Source: Eledone cirrhosa
Lineage: Eukaryota
NCBI GenBank assembly: GCA_964016885.1
Contig: OZ024741.1
Location: 45,632,001-45,696,000 of the forward strand
Direction of reading: 5' to 3'
Length of the DNA stretch: 64,000 nucleotides
Shown here: piece after piece, positions 27,945-40,812 of the stretch
How positions within the stretch are numbered: position 1 is the stretch's first letter
Layout: the number at the start of each line of letters is the position of its first letter
Translations under genes and position numbers: made by a program
The notes under the pieces: generated by a model
Databases searched by the model: none
Seen by the model: only the letters and a program-made list of their open reading frames with translations
Told to the model about the DNA's origin: nothing

Positions 27945-29499
27945 TATTAAACGAGTATTAAAACTGATTTACTGGATGGTTAGAAGCTCAATGCAATGGG
28001 GTTCACAAAGAGCTGTTATATACTAATTTTAAAAACATCAAAGAATTAATGCCGAACTTGAACCAACTCCTGAAGGTCAAGCTCGAAAACTGATTTAAGA
28101 AAAATGATTTAATAAATATGTTTTTTAATTTAAACATTCTTAATTTTAATTGCAGTTCTATGACCCCGTGACGAAGTTTAAGACAGCTGAAACATGTTTT
28201 CTTTCGTCTTTCTATCTGTGTTGCTTGTTTTATCACAGAAACGATTATATGCAAATATATTGCACATGGGTTACTCTACACCTTTATTCTGAATCACGAT
28301 GTAAACGTTTAAGCAGTTAAACACATTTTGAATACGAATATCTTACATTTTCAACAGAAATATTAGATAAGTATGGTTCAACGTCTTCTAATACCCCCCC
28401 CCCCCCCCCCACACACACACTTTTTTTATTTTTTGTTTGCTTTTAACTAAGATCGATGTTTGCTTGCATACCTGTCAGACAAATGTTATAGGCTATTTAA
28501 TATATCCCTTGTCAATTAGCAAAATAAATAAATATTGATTTTTTTTTTGCCACAATATACACTAGAGTTGAATGAGATGTTGCAACATTTTCTATAAACT
28601 ATTTATAAACTTCATTCAAATGCCTTCAAGTAAAAAAATGGAACCTCATTCTGGTCTCTATGCACAATATTTGGCTCACCTAAATAAATACTATTATTGA
28701 TTTTGGCCAGATTCCGCCAGTTAAATACGCCTATTCTATATTGACTTTTGTAATGTGTATGTGTTTTTTTAATATAACTCAAATAATAATGGAAAAGGTT
28801 TTAATCTAATAAACCTCAGTAAATTACTGGTCCTCGTTTATACTTACCCAAGAAACCGAGAAATGGAAACGTTAATCTATTTTCTCTCTCGATTCGAGGA
28901 CATTGTGATATATAGGAGGAGGACAAATTGCATAAAGCGATGGACATGACTTTAATAATTTCTTTGAAGCGGAAATATATTAAGTTCTACTGCTAAATGA
29001 TTCAGCTCCATGATCTCGACTCAACATGTATTTCACAAGATGCAAAAGATTCTGCTAATTCTCTGAGATGATCAATATACATACAAACATACATGATGGC
29101 TGCCCCCACGTTATCAAGTATGGCCATTGCACAATATACCATTATAAATAATTATTAATTAATTCTATCGTGCAATGCCTGTGCGGGAAGTTATTTTTTA
29201 CAGTAAGGAAAGCCTGTGCACTGAGCCAATCCCACTCTCTGAGCGACAGGAGCGAAAAGAAGAAAAGGTCAACATCATCGGTAACTACTCAGCCGCAGGT
29301 TATATATCGGAGTTATCCCAGTTTCCTGAGTTGCCTTCTCCTACATGCACACATACATACACACTCACACATACACAAGCACACAAGAACACAGGCACCC
29401 AAATACCCACACCCACACATACACACACACACACACACACACATATATAGGATTAATATATAAACTATCCTCATGATAGACCCCCAAGGGTTCGCTGAT

Positions 29500-29615
29500 G
29501 CTTGCTGGAATTTTCTCTAAGCCGTCATGCACTCCACCAGAGATTCCTATTGGTCCATGCGCAGATGTCGCTCATCCAGCACCTAATTGGCTGCCGTCTT
29601 CCCCTGCTGCCAGGC
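29500..29615 (-). mobile_element. Short decayed 3' end of an RTE-like LINE
   Basis: Minus strand reads ...GRRQPIRCWMSDICAWT..., like the RGRP.xRW.D.I C-terminus of RTE ORFs. Confidence 0.4.
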
Positions 29616-30406
29616 ACAGATCTATGTATTACATGTATTAACCATAAGTGGTTTATTGGTTGCCTTATAACTTACAAGTATCAAATAGATATACATAGGT
29701 CAGAACTTTAATTGGGGACATAATCTGAAGGAGGTTAAGTTGTAAAGTAGTTAATCCTGCATCCTATTATTTCTGATAAGACCTGTTTTATGTTTAGTTT
29801 ATTTAAAAAGAAAAAAAGAAGGATGTAACAACTACCAAGGATGTGAATAAATATTCAACAGTAATATTATTTTCTGGTATAACTATTTAAACATGGAAGG
29901 AATGGTAGTGCCGATTATCTTCTTTACGGCCTCTAGGATTGGTGTGATGTAAAGATGAACACATCATCTAAGAAGAGATCAGATATGAATACACTCAAAA
30001 CAATTTTGATTTAAACTCCGATTGTGTTGAAGGGCACCGTCGAGTCATACGGTGTGACTGGGTATGTTAACCCTGGGGAAACTCATGCTTGTCTAGACCT
30101 GAATACAGCTGGATAATTCCAGAAAATGAAAGAGCGAGAAAGAAAGTGAGAAATAGATATGGAAAAAATATCCATCCCAGTACGATACTATTTGTTAATT
30201 TACCGACCTCGAAAGGATGAAAGGCAATATTAATCAGGAGGATAATTGATATCAGGCTGCTGATAAACGGAATGAAATTCACCGCATATACAATGGATTA
30301 ACCTCAACTAAAAGCATATAAAGTTGAGGTGTGGTTAAGCCGCTCGGCGAATTACATCTACCACGCAAAATTTGAATTCACTAATTCTTAACAGATGAAA
30401 TATATA

Positions 30407-31363
30407 TCAGGTTGTTCAGTAATTAATGTAGGGCTTTAAAGATTAAATTTAAAACGACATATCTCTGACTGGTATAAACATTATTGATTGAAATAAAAAC
30501 CGATAGTGTCTATACATGTTTGCCCACAAGATACAAGTTTGTCTATTTCGATAACATAGAATTCAAAAGTTCTAGAGGCGATGAATTCGTTTAAGATACT
30601 TATTGCAGCGGCTTGGTTGTTGAAGTATTTTCCTTGCGAGATTGCAAGTCATTTGGTAAGACATCCAATGAGGCAGATTTGTGTAGCTCTATTCGATCAA
30701 CCTCGGAAGATTTGGCTCTCACTATGAGGTGTCGAGCGTTGCGTACAAGAAGATTGTATTTTTGCTATTTTCCGAGGTTGGAGACATACACTGCCACATT
30801 TTATGCATTTATCGATGGTATCTCAGTCAGGATGTTCTCGCAGCATTCAGAAAGTTGTAGTGCCTTAATCCAGCCGTGGACAACCAGAGAATCCCCATAA
30901 CCGTCTTTTTGTGAAAGGGAAGCTTTAGGAATTGTTTAATAGCTTTATTTCCATCCAACCAGCGTGTTGAATATTGTTCGTTTGTGTATACTTTCTACGT
31001 GTCATCGTTCGTCAAAATGCGATCATGTGTGGATCTTCCTCAACTTCGGGAATGAATTCACCAAACAGAATTGTTAAAAGCAAGGTTGTACTGTATATGC
31101 ATTAACACATTCTTTGCCTAAAACTTTATTGATGTTTCTTGCCATTTGTGTTGCACTGCAGACAAATTTAAGCCCATAGAAAAACATCTGGTTTGTCTTC
31201 TTAGGTTCAAGGATTTGAGAAGTAATGAGAATGCAATTCTTATTACAATTCTATTACATAAGAAGGAAACGTAGAAAGAAATAAGATATAAAATTATGTA
31301 TACCGTGGTTGAGCTTTTATTATTAAAAATGTAGAAAACATAAAAGCTTTCTGAACATCCTTA
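30407..31363 (-). mobile_element. Decayed, internally deleted mariner transposon (Hsmar1/cecropia-like)
   Basis: Minus-strand remnants: N-terminal MFFYGLKFVCSATQMARNINKVLGKECVNAYTVQPCF and C-terminal EFIASRTFEFYVIEIDKLVSCGQTCIDTIGFYFNQ*. Degenerate TIRs (tcaggttgttcag / taaggatgttcag) lie next to TA. Confidence 0.8.
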
Positions 31364-31586
31364 TAATGATTGAAGGCTGTACAGTACAGAATCTGTACTG
31401 GATGTTGACCTTAGCATTCTATGAGTTTTTGCATCTATCACAATTTGGCGGAGAAAAGTTGCTAAATACGTACGAAAACTTAATACCTTGTCATTTCTCA
31501 TAAATATATATAGGTAGAGTACATTATCTCTATTATGATTTTGAATATATATATTTATATGTAGATAAGTGTGTGTATTTATATAT

Positions 31587-31664
<78 letters not shown>

Positions 31665-31733
31665 GTATGTATGCATGTATGTATGTATGTATATATGTAT
31701 ATATGTATATATATATATGTATATATGTATATA

Positions 31734-31794
<61 letters not shown>

Positions 31795-31847
31795 AAAAAA
31801 ATAATGAATAAAACAATGAAACAGTTCCTTATATTAAACATAAAAAG

Positions 31848-31990
31848 TTCATTATTTAACGATCGTTTCTAGGACATATATGTGTTAGAATTGGCATGCA
31901 TATTCAAAAGATCTATGTACAAAATTATACAAACTATCAAAGAGAATATACATACCAACACATATATATGCTGTCTTCAGAAATAATGAA
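31848..31990 (-). ncRNA. Type I hammerhead ribozyme with long stem II (inverted copy)
   Basis: Reverse complement of 34944-35086. Confidence 0.75.
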
Positions 31991-32259
31991 GTATATTTAT
32001 TGATAATAACAACAATTCAAAATTACAGGTCTGTTTGGGAACAGATTTTAAATAGACCAATGAAATACATAAAAATTCATCAAGAAAATACAGTTAGGTG
32101 TGTGTATATATGTAAGTAACTTCGTTCACAGATATGCATAAAAATGTATGTTCACATGCATACGCATGTCGAAAAAGTGTATGTAGATTGTGTTCCCAAG
32201 AACTATTTGAAATAATGAAATCTAAGGATATCCTATTAAATAAGCGACAGGAATTAATT

Positions 32260-33170
32260 ATATCGTGTAATCATAAACTGAGAAAAACATTTAAATATTA
32301 TAAACCTAATTAATAATATATATTTTAGAAGTTAATATATAAATTAATTTAAACGTAGTTAACCTATAATTTTAATTTAATTAAAATTCTACTACAGATG
32401 AAATTAAAAAATATTGTGTAATCATAAACTGTGAAAAACTTTTAAATATTATTAACATAATTAATATATACTTTGGAAATTAATTTATTGATTAATTTTA
32501 GTTTATTTAACCTTTTATTAAAATTCCTTTACAGATGAAATATAACAAAATATCGTGTAATCAATAACAGAGAAATACTTTTTAATATTATAAGCCTAAT
32601 TAATGTACAATTTAGAAATTAATTTATAAATTAATTTTAATTTAGTTAACCTATAATTTTAATTTAGTTAGCTTAAAATTAAAATTCTAATACATTGCAG
32701 AATATCATGTAATCATAAACTGAGAAAAACTTTTAAATATATACCTAATTAATATATTCTTTACAAATAAATATATAGATTAATTTTAATTTTAGTTAAC
32801 CTATAATTATATTCTACTATAGATAAAATACAAAATTTGCTTTAATTATTATAAACCTAATTAACATATACTATAGAAATTAATATATAATTTTTAATTT
32901 AATTAACCTATAATTAATATTCTACTACCGATGAAATACTTGATTTGGCTTTCCCTATTACAAAATTCATTTCCTAAAATTGATACCATCATGTTAATAT
33001 TTTTAATTTAGTTATGCTATAATTAATACTCTACTACTGTTTAACTTCAAAATTCCGCTTTAAATATTATAAACCTAAGTAGTATACACCTTAGAAATTA
33101 ATATATTAACTATTTTTACTTTAATTAACCTATAATTAATAGTCTACTTATATTAAAATGCATAATTTAG
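32260..33170. repeat. Diverged AT-rich tandem repeat, units of about 110-150 bp, about 6-7 copies
   Basis: Recurrent tgtaatcataaactg...ttaaatattataaacctaattaa...ttaacctataatt...ctactac. Confidence 0.8.
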
Positions 33171-33435
33171 CCTTCTTTCTTACAAATACCATTTCCTAAT
33201 ACTGACACAACTATGTAAACACATATTATGATTTAAATGCAGATTAATATTCTATGTTCCTTGAAACCTATATTTACTATTTCCCACTAATAATTTTAAT
33301 CCCCCTCCCCCCCCTATAATTATTCGTATTTGTAAGCGTGGATGTATGTATGTGTACGTAAGTATGTATGTATGTTTGTGTGTTTGTATGTGAGTATAAA
33401 AATACATATGTGCGCATGTAAATAAGTGTGTATGA

Positions 33436-33490
<55 letters not shown>

Positions 33491-33935
33491 TTCAGGTTAT
33501 CAATAATGTAGTGATAATATATCGTTACGTTAGAGATGAACAGCGTACGTGCAGGTTTGCGCAACGAGTATAAATTATATTCCGGAGAAAATGTAGAAAG
33601 GATGAATATAAAATGAAAGTGCTGTTTTTTTAAATTTATCCAAAATCTCTGAAGAAGTGACAACTGATTATACATTTGCTATCGAATGCTTGCTAACATT
33701 ATATGATTACGCAAGCAGCGATACATAGGTATTCAGTCTGTTACAGAAACATATGTCAATACCTAATAAATTCCTTTTTTAAAAAAAGCACTTTCATTTT
33801 ATATTCATCCTTTCTATATATATATATATATGTATATATATGTGTATGTATGTATGTGTATGTATATGTATTTGTAGAGATGTGTGTATGTATGTGTATA
33901 TATGTGCATAATTGTCTGACTGTGTGTATTTATTT

Positions 33936-34010
<75 letters not shown>

Positions 34011-34200
34011 GGGTATGTGTGTGTATGTATATAAACGTATATGTATGTGTGTGTGTGTATATATATGTGTGTATATATATGTGTGTATATATATATGTAT
34101 ATATATGTATATATATATGTATATATATGTGTATATATATATGTATGTGTATGTATGTGTGTATGTGTGTGTACATATATGTATATATGTGTGTTGTGCG

Positions 34201-34324
<124 letters not shown>

Positions 34325-34943
34325 TGTATTTATATGTATGAGTATATGTTTTACTTGTTTATTTCTTTTATTATATTTCTTTTTATTTCTAAATTTATAG
34401 ATACATTTTTATAAATATGCTGAGTCTGACACCCTCCTTAATTACTTACTCCCGTACCTACTTTTAATTCTGCATCTAGATGTAAGTGTATGTGGCCGTG
34501 TTTATGTGTGCGCCTCAATATCCATATAGTTATAATAATAATATATACGTATGTGTGTGTGTGTGTGTGTGTGTATATTTGTGTGTGGGTGTTCGTGGGT
34601 ATGTGTGTGTTTATGTATATATGCATGTGTGTGTATGAATGTATGTATATGTGTGTATATATGTGTGTATATATGTATGTATATGTATGTATAGTTTGTC
34701 TGTGGATTATAAATATACAGAGACATTAGCCCTGAATTTTTATATTTACATACACTTTTTCGACATGCGTATGCATGTGAACATACATTTTTATGCATAT
34801 CTGTGAACGAAGTTACTTACATATATATACACACACCTAACTGTATTTTCTTGATGAATTTTTATGTATTTCATTGGTCTATTTAAAATCTGTTCCCAAA
34901 CAGACCTGTAATTTTGAATTGTTGTTATTATCAATAAATATAC

Positions 34944-35086
34944 TTCATTATTTCTGAAGACAGCATATATATGTGTTGGTATGTATATTCTCTTTGATAG
35001 TTTGTATAATTTTGTACATAGATCTTTTGAATATGCATGCCAATTCTAACACATATATGTCCTAGAAACGATCGTTAAATAATGAA
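34944..35086 (+). ncRNA. Type I hammerhead ribozyme with long stem II
   Basis: TTCATTATTT-CTGAAGA-[104 nt including CATATATATGTGTTGG/CTAACACATATATG]-GAAA-CGATCG-TT-AAATAATGAA: perfect 10-bp stem I, palindromic CGAUCG. Confidence 0.78.
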
Positions 35087-35278
35087 CTTTTTTTGTTTAA
35101 TATAAGGAACTGTTTCATTGTTTTATTCATTATTTTTTTAATGTTTTATCTTGACTCTGTATTCCGTTTATCTTTCACCGAAAGTGATTTTTGAATGCAT
35201 CTCTTCTTTCCATGATATCCGGATTACATTGAGTTCTTCATACGGATTGGACACTACCGTAAACTTTTGGTAGATTTA

Positions 35279-35327
<49 letters not shown>

Positions 35328-35384
35328 AAGGCGGGTAAAATACGTTAACCTTGGTCTTCCTCTTCTAGTGTGTCCATATATATA

Positions 35385-35921
35385 ATAGAATATAATATAT
35401 TATAATAGAATATAAAACAAAAACGAACACAGACATATACATATATGTGTTCAAATCGTAAGTGACCTGATTCGCTAAGCTGAAAAGAATACTAACGATA
35501 GACAATTGGATTTGCTTGTCTCAATTTAAGAAAGAATTAAGAAAATAAATACAAACCGGAATTGTGGTGACTACCAATCACCCGGACAACTTGTTCTTGT
35601 TTCGCAAAGTTAATTGTCAATAGAAATACCAATCCAAGCTCATCAGTGGGTGATGAATTAGTATCCTAGACACATCTAAGTATGCTATATATAAAATATA
35701 TAAAAGAGCGCACATGGCATCCTAGCGTGTTTCACAGACCCATACCACTAAAAATAGCAGCCAGGCTTACTCGACATTTGAAATAGCTCAACAAATTAAC
35801 GGAGCCGAATATATCAAAGGTATATATTGAGTTAGGAACTCAAAATAGTCTCTTACAATAAAATAGCTTTTATTGTAAGAGACTATTTTCAGTTCCTAAC
35901 TCAATATATACCTTTGATATA

Positions 35922-35922
<1 letters not shown>
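35385..35922 (-). mobile_element. Non-coding ~490-bp HHR monomer family (copy 1), ending in a 55-bp-arm fold-back at (TA)n
   Basis: Homologous to 53545-54620. Hairpin arms at 35809-35863 and 35868-35922. Confidence 0.8.
35577..35654 (-). ncRNA. Type I hammerhead ribozyme
   Basis: Minus strand: ATCACCCA-CTGATGA-GC...GC-GAAA-CAA...TTG-TC-CGGGTGAT (first stem I pair mismatched). Confidence 0.75.
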
Positions 35923-35987
<65 letters not shown>

Positions 35988-36025
35988 ATTAAATAAATGG
36001 AAAACTATATTTATAAAACCATATT

Positions 36026-36091
36026 TATTTCATTATATATATTTCGGGGATATCATATTAACAATATGCTATGCCTTCATCAGACAAAATA
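36026..36091 (-). ncRNA. Hammerhead ribozyme in inverted pLTR
   Basis: Reverse complement of 40480-40545. Confidence 0.75.
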
Positions 36092-36579
36092 CAATATAAA
36101 CAGTTTTATAGATAAATAGATTCGACATACCGTTATAACACCGACTTCATTTGAAGAGGTTTAAGCTGGCAGTGAAAAAAAGAGAGAGAGAAAAAAAGAG
36201 AGAGAGAAAAAAAAAGAAGGAAAGACAGAAAACGAAGAAAAGGAAGAAAAAGAAGAGAAAGAGGAAATGCATGGAACAAAATAGAGAGATGGAAAGATAG
36301 ATAAAGCGAAGAACTTCATGTAAAGAAACAAAAGATATATATATATAGAGAGAGAGAGGAAATAGAGATAGATACATATATATATATAGAAAATTAGGTA
36401 GTGGGAGGTCATTTTGAGTAAATGTATCAATGATACATTTATTTATTTATTTATTTATTTAGCTCAAGTATTAATGTAAGGGAGATATATAGAGAGAGAA
36501 AAAAGCTTAAACCTCTTCAAATGAAGTCGGTGTTATAACGGTATGTCGAATCTATTTATCTATAAAACTGTTTATATTG

Positions 36580-36645
36580 TATTTTGTCTGATGAAGGCAT
36601 AGCATATTGTTAATATGATATCCCCGAAATATTTATAATGAAATA
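36580..36645 (+). ncRNA. Hammerhead ribozyme in 5' pLTR
   Basis: TATTTTGT-CTGATGA-AGG...CATATT(GTT)AATATG...CCC-GAAA-TATTTA-TA-ATGAAATA. One change at 36633 breaks the stem-loop III palindrome. Confidence 0.72.
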
Positions 36646-36825
36646 AATATGGTTTTATAAATATAATTTTCCATTTATTTAATATTGTAAATATACTCCA
36701 AATATTTGTAGAGTGCTTTTATATCAGTTATAAATATTTACTAGTTGTAACCCAACAATTTTAAATATAACTTTCCATGTATCTTGCTCCAATACTGTTG
36801 AGCGCTTTATATTATAACTGGAAAA

Positions 36826-39039
36826 ATGGAATTCTTTAAGATTACTTCCTCTCTAAAAGACATACCTCTACCTAGAAACAAAGACTTTATAAAACAATTA
36901 ATAGATAAATCTGACTCTTTTATAAGGAGAATCAGGTGGCGTGCATTCCACTTTGATAAATCTAATGCAGACGAAAATGTCTCGGACTTAAACAAAGTTT
37001 TCAAATCTAAAAGAAATCCACCCCCTAACAAACTTTTATCTGACTTTGAAAACGATATAATTTCTATCATACAAGGGGTCAAATTCAAGAGAAACTTTAA
37101 AGGCCAGGAATATCTGAAAGGCATTAAGGATAACATTGAGAGCTTAGAGAAAACTGAGAAGATCTTGGTGAAATCTGACAAGACCAACAACCTCTATGGA
37201 GTGCGGAAAGACATGTATAATGGCCTCATACTGAAAGAGCTGAGGAAAAAGTACAAGGTAGCAGATAAGGCCGAACTTGAGAAAATGAATGTCGAAGCAT
37301 CTTGTATAATGCACGAGTTGGAAATTGAGAACAGAACACAACCTTTCGTGCCCAGGAAACCGAAGATCAATATGAAGGACCACAAGAGGAATTTTGAAAA
37401 TGACCTGCCAGTTAGATTGATCGCACCTTCAAAATCGGACCTGGGCAAATTAAGCAAAAACATTCTTGACAGGGTGATACAGCAAATTAAGAACTTGGAT
37501 TGTGTATCTAACCTGAGCTTGTGGAAGGGAACTGGAGAGGTGGTTGAGTGGTTTAGGCAAATTAAATATAACAATAATAATAGGTTTATTCAACTTGATA
37601 TAGCTAACTATTATTCTTCTATTACCCCTAGTCTACTAAATAAGGCACTAAATTACGCATTCAAACATACTGACCTAACTAGCAAAGAAATGCATATTAT
37701 ATTATCGGCTAGGAAAACTTTGATAGAATTTAATGACAAATTATGGACCAGAGCAGATAGAGATAGCAATTTTGACATAACTATGGGATCTTCCGACTCA
37801 GCTCAGGTAACTGACCTTGTGGGCTTATTTTTAATCAATTCGCTACATAGGAAAATACCTGGTACTACCGGAGGTTTATATAGGGATGACATGCTTTTAC
37901 TTATTAATAATAATAACCCTGAACTAAATAGAAAATGTAAACAAATTACAAAATTTTTTAATTACTTTAACCTTAAAATAGAAATTGAGAACAACCATAG
38001 AATAGTCAATTTCCTAGATATAACATTAAATCTCAACACATGTCTCCACTATCCTTTTCACAAGTTGAATGAAAACTTAAACTATGTCAACTTTAACTCT
38101 AACCACCCCAGATCTGTCAAAAACACTATAGTAAACTCAGTTCAAAAACGTATCTCTAGGATCTCGTCGAATAGAAAGATTTTCGACGAAAAGGCCCAAT
38201 ACTATAATGAAGCACTAGCTAGGGCAGGATATGCTGATAAGATTGTGTACATAGATAATGATAGACAAACTAAACAAAGTAACAACTTTTTTAATTACGG
38301 CAACAACATTAACAACTATAATAGAAAGCATTACAATAATTCCAAAGGACAAAAAAGAAATAGAACTAGGAACATAATTTGGTTTGCCCCCCCTTTCTCA
38401 CTAAACATTAAAACCCACATCGCTAAATTATTTTTCAAAGCTCTTGATAATCGCTTCCCTAGAACACATAGGTATCACTCAATTTTTAATAGGCATACAA
38501 TTAAATTAACCTACTCATCCACCAAAAATTTAGCACAAAATATTAATAGAATAAATAATAGGAACTTAAAACCTACTGATAATAGCATAAATAATATACA
38601 AGTTAACAAATGTAACTGTAGAGATAGATCTAAATGTCCGTTAAATAACAACTGCTTAGTTAAAAATATAGTATACAATTGTAATGTTAGTACTGACTCT
38701 AATTCTTTTAACTACGTCGGTTCCACATCGACGGAATTTAAACTTCGCTATAATAACCACAAGAATTCTTTCACAGATCCAAGTAAAAAATCTTCAACGG
38801 CACTATCAGGCGTACTCTGGCAACTTAAGCTAGATAACGTTAGATATTCGACGGCTTGGAATATAGTCTCAAGAGGGATTCCTTTTAATTCATCCTCTGA
38901 GACATGTGACCTCTGCGCAGAGGAGATATTCTTTATACTAAAATCTAAAAATTCCCTTAACCTACGGACAAATTTATTCAGTTGTTGCAAACATAGATTA
39001 AACTCAACGTTTAAATATAAATTTAAATTTAAAATGTAG
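36826..39039 (+). CDS. PLE reverse transcriptase with C-terminal GIY-YIG endonuclease, 737 aa, uninterrupted
   Basis: KSDKT (DKG-like motif), RT motifs QLDIANYYSSI, ITMGSSDSAQVTDL, GLYRDD, NFLDITL, linker WFAPPF and CNC-x5-CPL-x3-C, EN IVY...YVG...FKLRYNNHK...CDLCAEE. Confidence 0.95.
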   Translation: MEFFKITSSLKDIPLPRNKDFIKQLIDKSDSFIRRIRWRAFHFDKSNADENVSDLNKVFKSKRNPPPNKLLSDFENDIISIIQGVKFKRNFKGQEYLKGIKDNIESLEKTEKILVKSDKTNNLYGVRKDMYNGLILKELRKKYKVADKAELEKMNVEASCIMHELEIENRTQPFVPRKPKINMKDHKRNFENDLPVRLIAPSKSDLGKLSKNILDRVIQQIKNLDCVSNLSLWKGTGEVVEWFRQIKYNNNNRFIQLDIANYYSSITPSLLNKALNYAFKHTDLTSKEMHIILSARKTLIEFNDKLWTRADRDSNFDITMGSSDSAQVTDLVGLFLINSLHRKIPGTTGGLYRDDMLLLINNNNPELNRKCKQITKFFNYFNLKIEIENNHRIVNFLDITLNLNTCLHYPFHKLNENLNYVNFNSNHPRSVKNTIVNSVQKRISRISSNRKIFDEKAQYYNEALARAGYADKIVYIDNDRQTKQSNNFFNYGNNINNYNRKHYNNSKGQKRNRTRNIIWFAPPFSLNIKTHIAKLFFKALDNRFPRTHRYHSIFNRHTIKLTYSSTKNLAQNINRINNRNLKPTDNSINNIQVNKCNCRDRSKCPLNNNCLVKNIVYNCNVSTDSNSFNYVGSTSTEFKLRYNNHKNSFTDPSKKSSTALSGVLWQLKLDNVRYSTAWNIVSRGIPFNSSSETCDLCAEEIFFILKSKNSLNLRTNLFSCCKHRLNSTFKYKFKFKM

Positions 39040-40479
39040 TATATTTAGTTTGATTTATATTTATATGGGAAACTAGCCGATAAATTTTTGATTCCTAAAT
39101 CTTTGATTCCTTCTTTTTACTCTTTATATTGTTTATTTTTATTTTATTTTTATCTAAACATTCCTCATGAAAAATTAAGCTACCCTAAAAGCTGATGCTC
39201 CAAATTTTTTGAATAAACCTTACACTAGATAAACTTCTATATTAAATATAAGAACATATGTAGACCTAATTGGACATCATAATCTTTTTGAAATGATCTT
39301 TGCTAGATGTGATTTGATAGATAATTTTTGGCTTTGTCTTGTAATGAACTTGGCAATATATTGTCAATTAACTTTGAAGGGTTGATCTTTGTGGTTTATT
39401 TTTATTTTTATTTTTATTTTTATTTTTTATTATTGTAGTATTCTATAATATTTTTTATTTTTTATTTTATTTTTAATTATTTTTAATATCTTTAATATGT
39501 AAATTTTTAATACGTAATATTTTTTAATACGTAATATTTTTAATATGTAATATTTTTATTATGTAATATTCTTTCGTAATATTTTTTAGTTTTCTATTCT
39601 ATATTTTTACTTATTATTATTATTGTTATCTTTTTATTTTTAGTTTTGTTTATGATATATATTTTTATTAGTATATTGAAACCTGCTCTCTAGTTCTGCT
39701 TGATAGATAATCTTTTAGAGTAATGACAGGAATAATAATACACATATATGTATGCTCAAATTTTTATACCACATTGAGAATGTTTTCCGTGAACTTAGAG
39801 TTTGCAGAGTGAATCAGTTGGATTCGCATGGATGTTTGTAGCTGTCACATAAACATATGAAATTTTTAAAACTAAACATAAGATAATTAATTTTCACACA
39901 TTATGGATACTTGTCTCATTCAGGAATACTGATATTTACAATATAGTGTAAGTTTTATAAATACTAATACATTAAAACATAGGGTTTTTACGCCTCGAAT
40001 ATATCTGGCTATTTTTAAATTTTTTTCTCTCGCTATTTTTTTCCTCTCTCTATATTTTTTCTCTATATATATATCACCCTTACATTAATACTTGAGCTAA
40101 ATAAATAAATAGATAAATAAATGTATCATTGATACATTTACTCAAAATGACCTCCCACTACCTAATTTTCTATATATATATGTATCTATCTCTATTTCCT
40201 CTCTCTCTATATATATATATCTCTTTTGTTTCTTTACATGAAGTTCTTCGCTTTATCTATCTTTCCATCTCTCTATTTTGTTCCATGCATTTCCTCTTTC
40301 TCTTCTTTTTCTTCCTTTTCTTCGTTTTCTGTCTTTCTTTCTTTTTTTCTCTCTCTCTTTTTTTCTCTCTCTCTTTCTCTCTGTGTAAAATTTTTTCACT
40401 GCCAGCTTAAACCTCTTCAAATGAAGTCGGTGTTATAACGGTATGTCGAATCTATTTATCTATAAAACTGTTTATATTG

Positions 40480-40545
40480 TATTTTGTCTGATGAAGGCAT
40501 AGCATATTGTTAATATGATATCCCCGAAATATATATAATGAAATA
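40480..40545 (+). ncRNA. Hammerhead ribozyme in 3' pLTR
   Basis: As above with palindromic TATATA; 8-bp stem I with two G-U pairs. Confidence 0.77.
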
Positions 40546-40700
40546 AATATGGTTTTATAAATATAGTTTTCCATTTATTTAATATTGTAAATATACTCCA
40601 AATATTTGTCGAGTGCTTTTATATCAGTTATAAATATTTACTAGTTGTAACCCAACAATTTTAAATATAACTTTCCATGTATATATATATATATATATAT

Positions 40701-40764
40701 TTCCCACTCTACTACCCTAAGTATTGAGTACTCTTGTGCGTTATGGTCCTTACCACAATTCCTG

Positions 40765-40812
<48 letters not shown>

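Larger units (their letters stand above)
35983..40680 (+). mobile_element. Full-length young EN+ Penelope-like element (probably Hydra clade): inverted 5' segment 35983-~36503, 5' pLTR ~36504-36780, ORF, 3' UTR, 3' pLTR ~40404-40680, flanked by (TA)n
   Basis: The direct repeats are offset by 3900 bp and show three differences by eye. 35983-36503 is the reverse complement of ~40056-40588. Confidence 0.95.

Noticed and set aside
36826-39039. Selenocysteine-containing or N-terminal-EN (Naiad-type) PLE
   Set aside because: The ORF has no in-frame TGA, ends in TAG, and the endonuclease is C-terminal.
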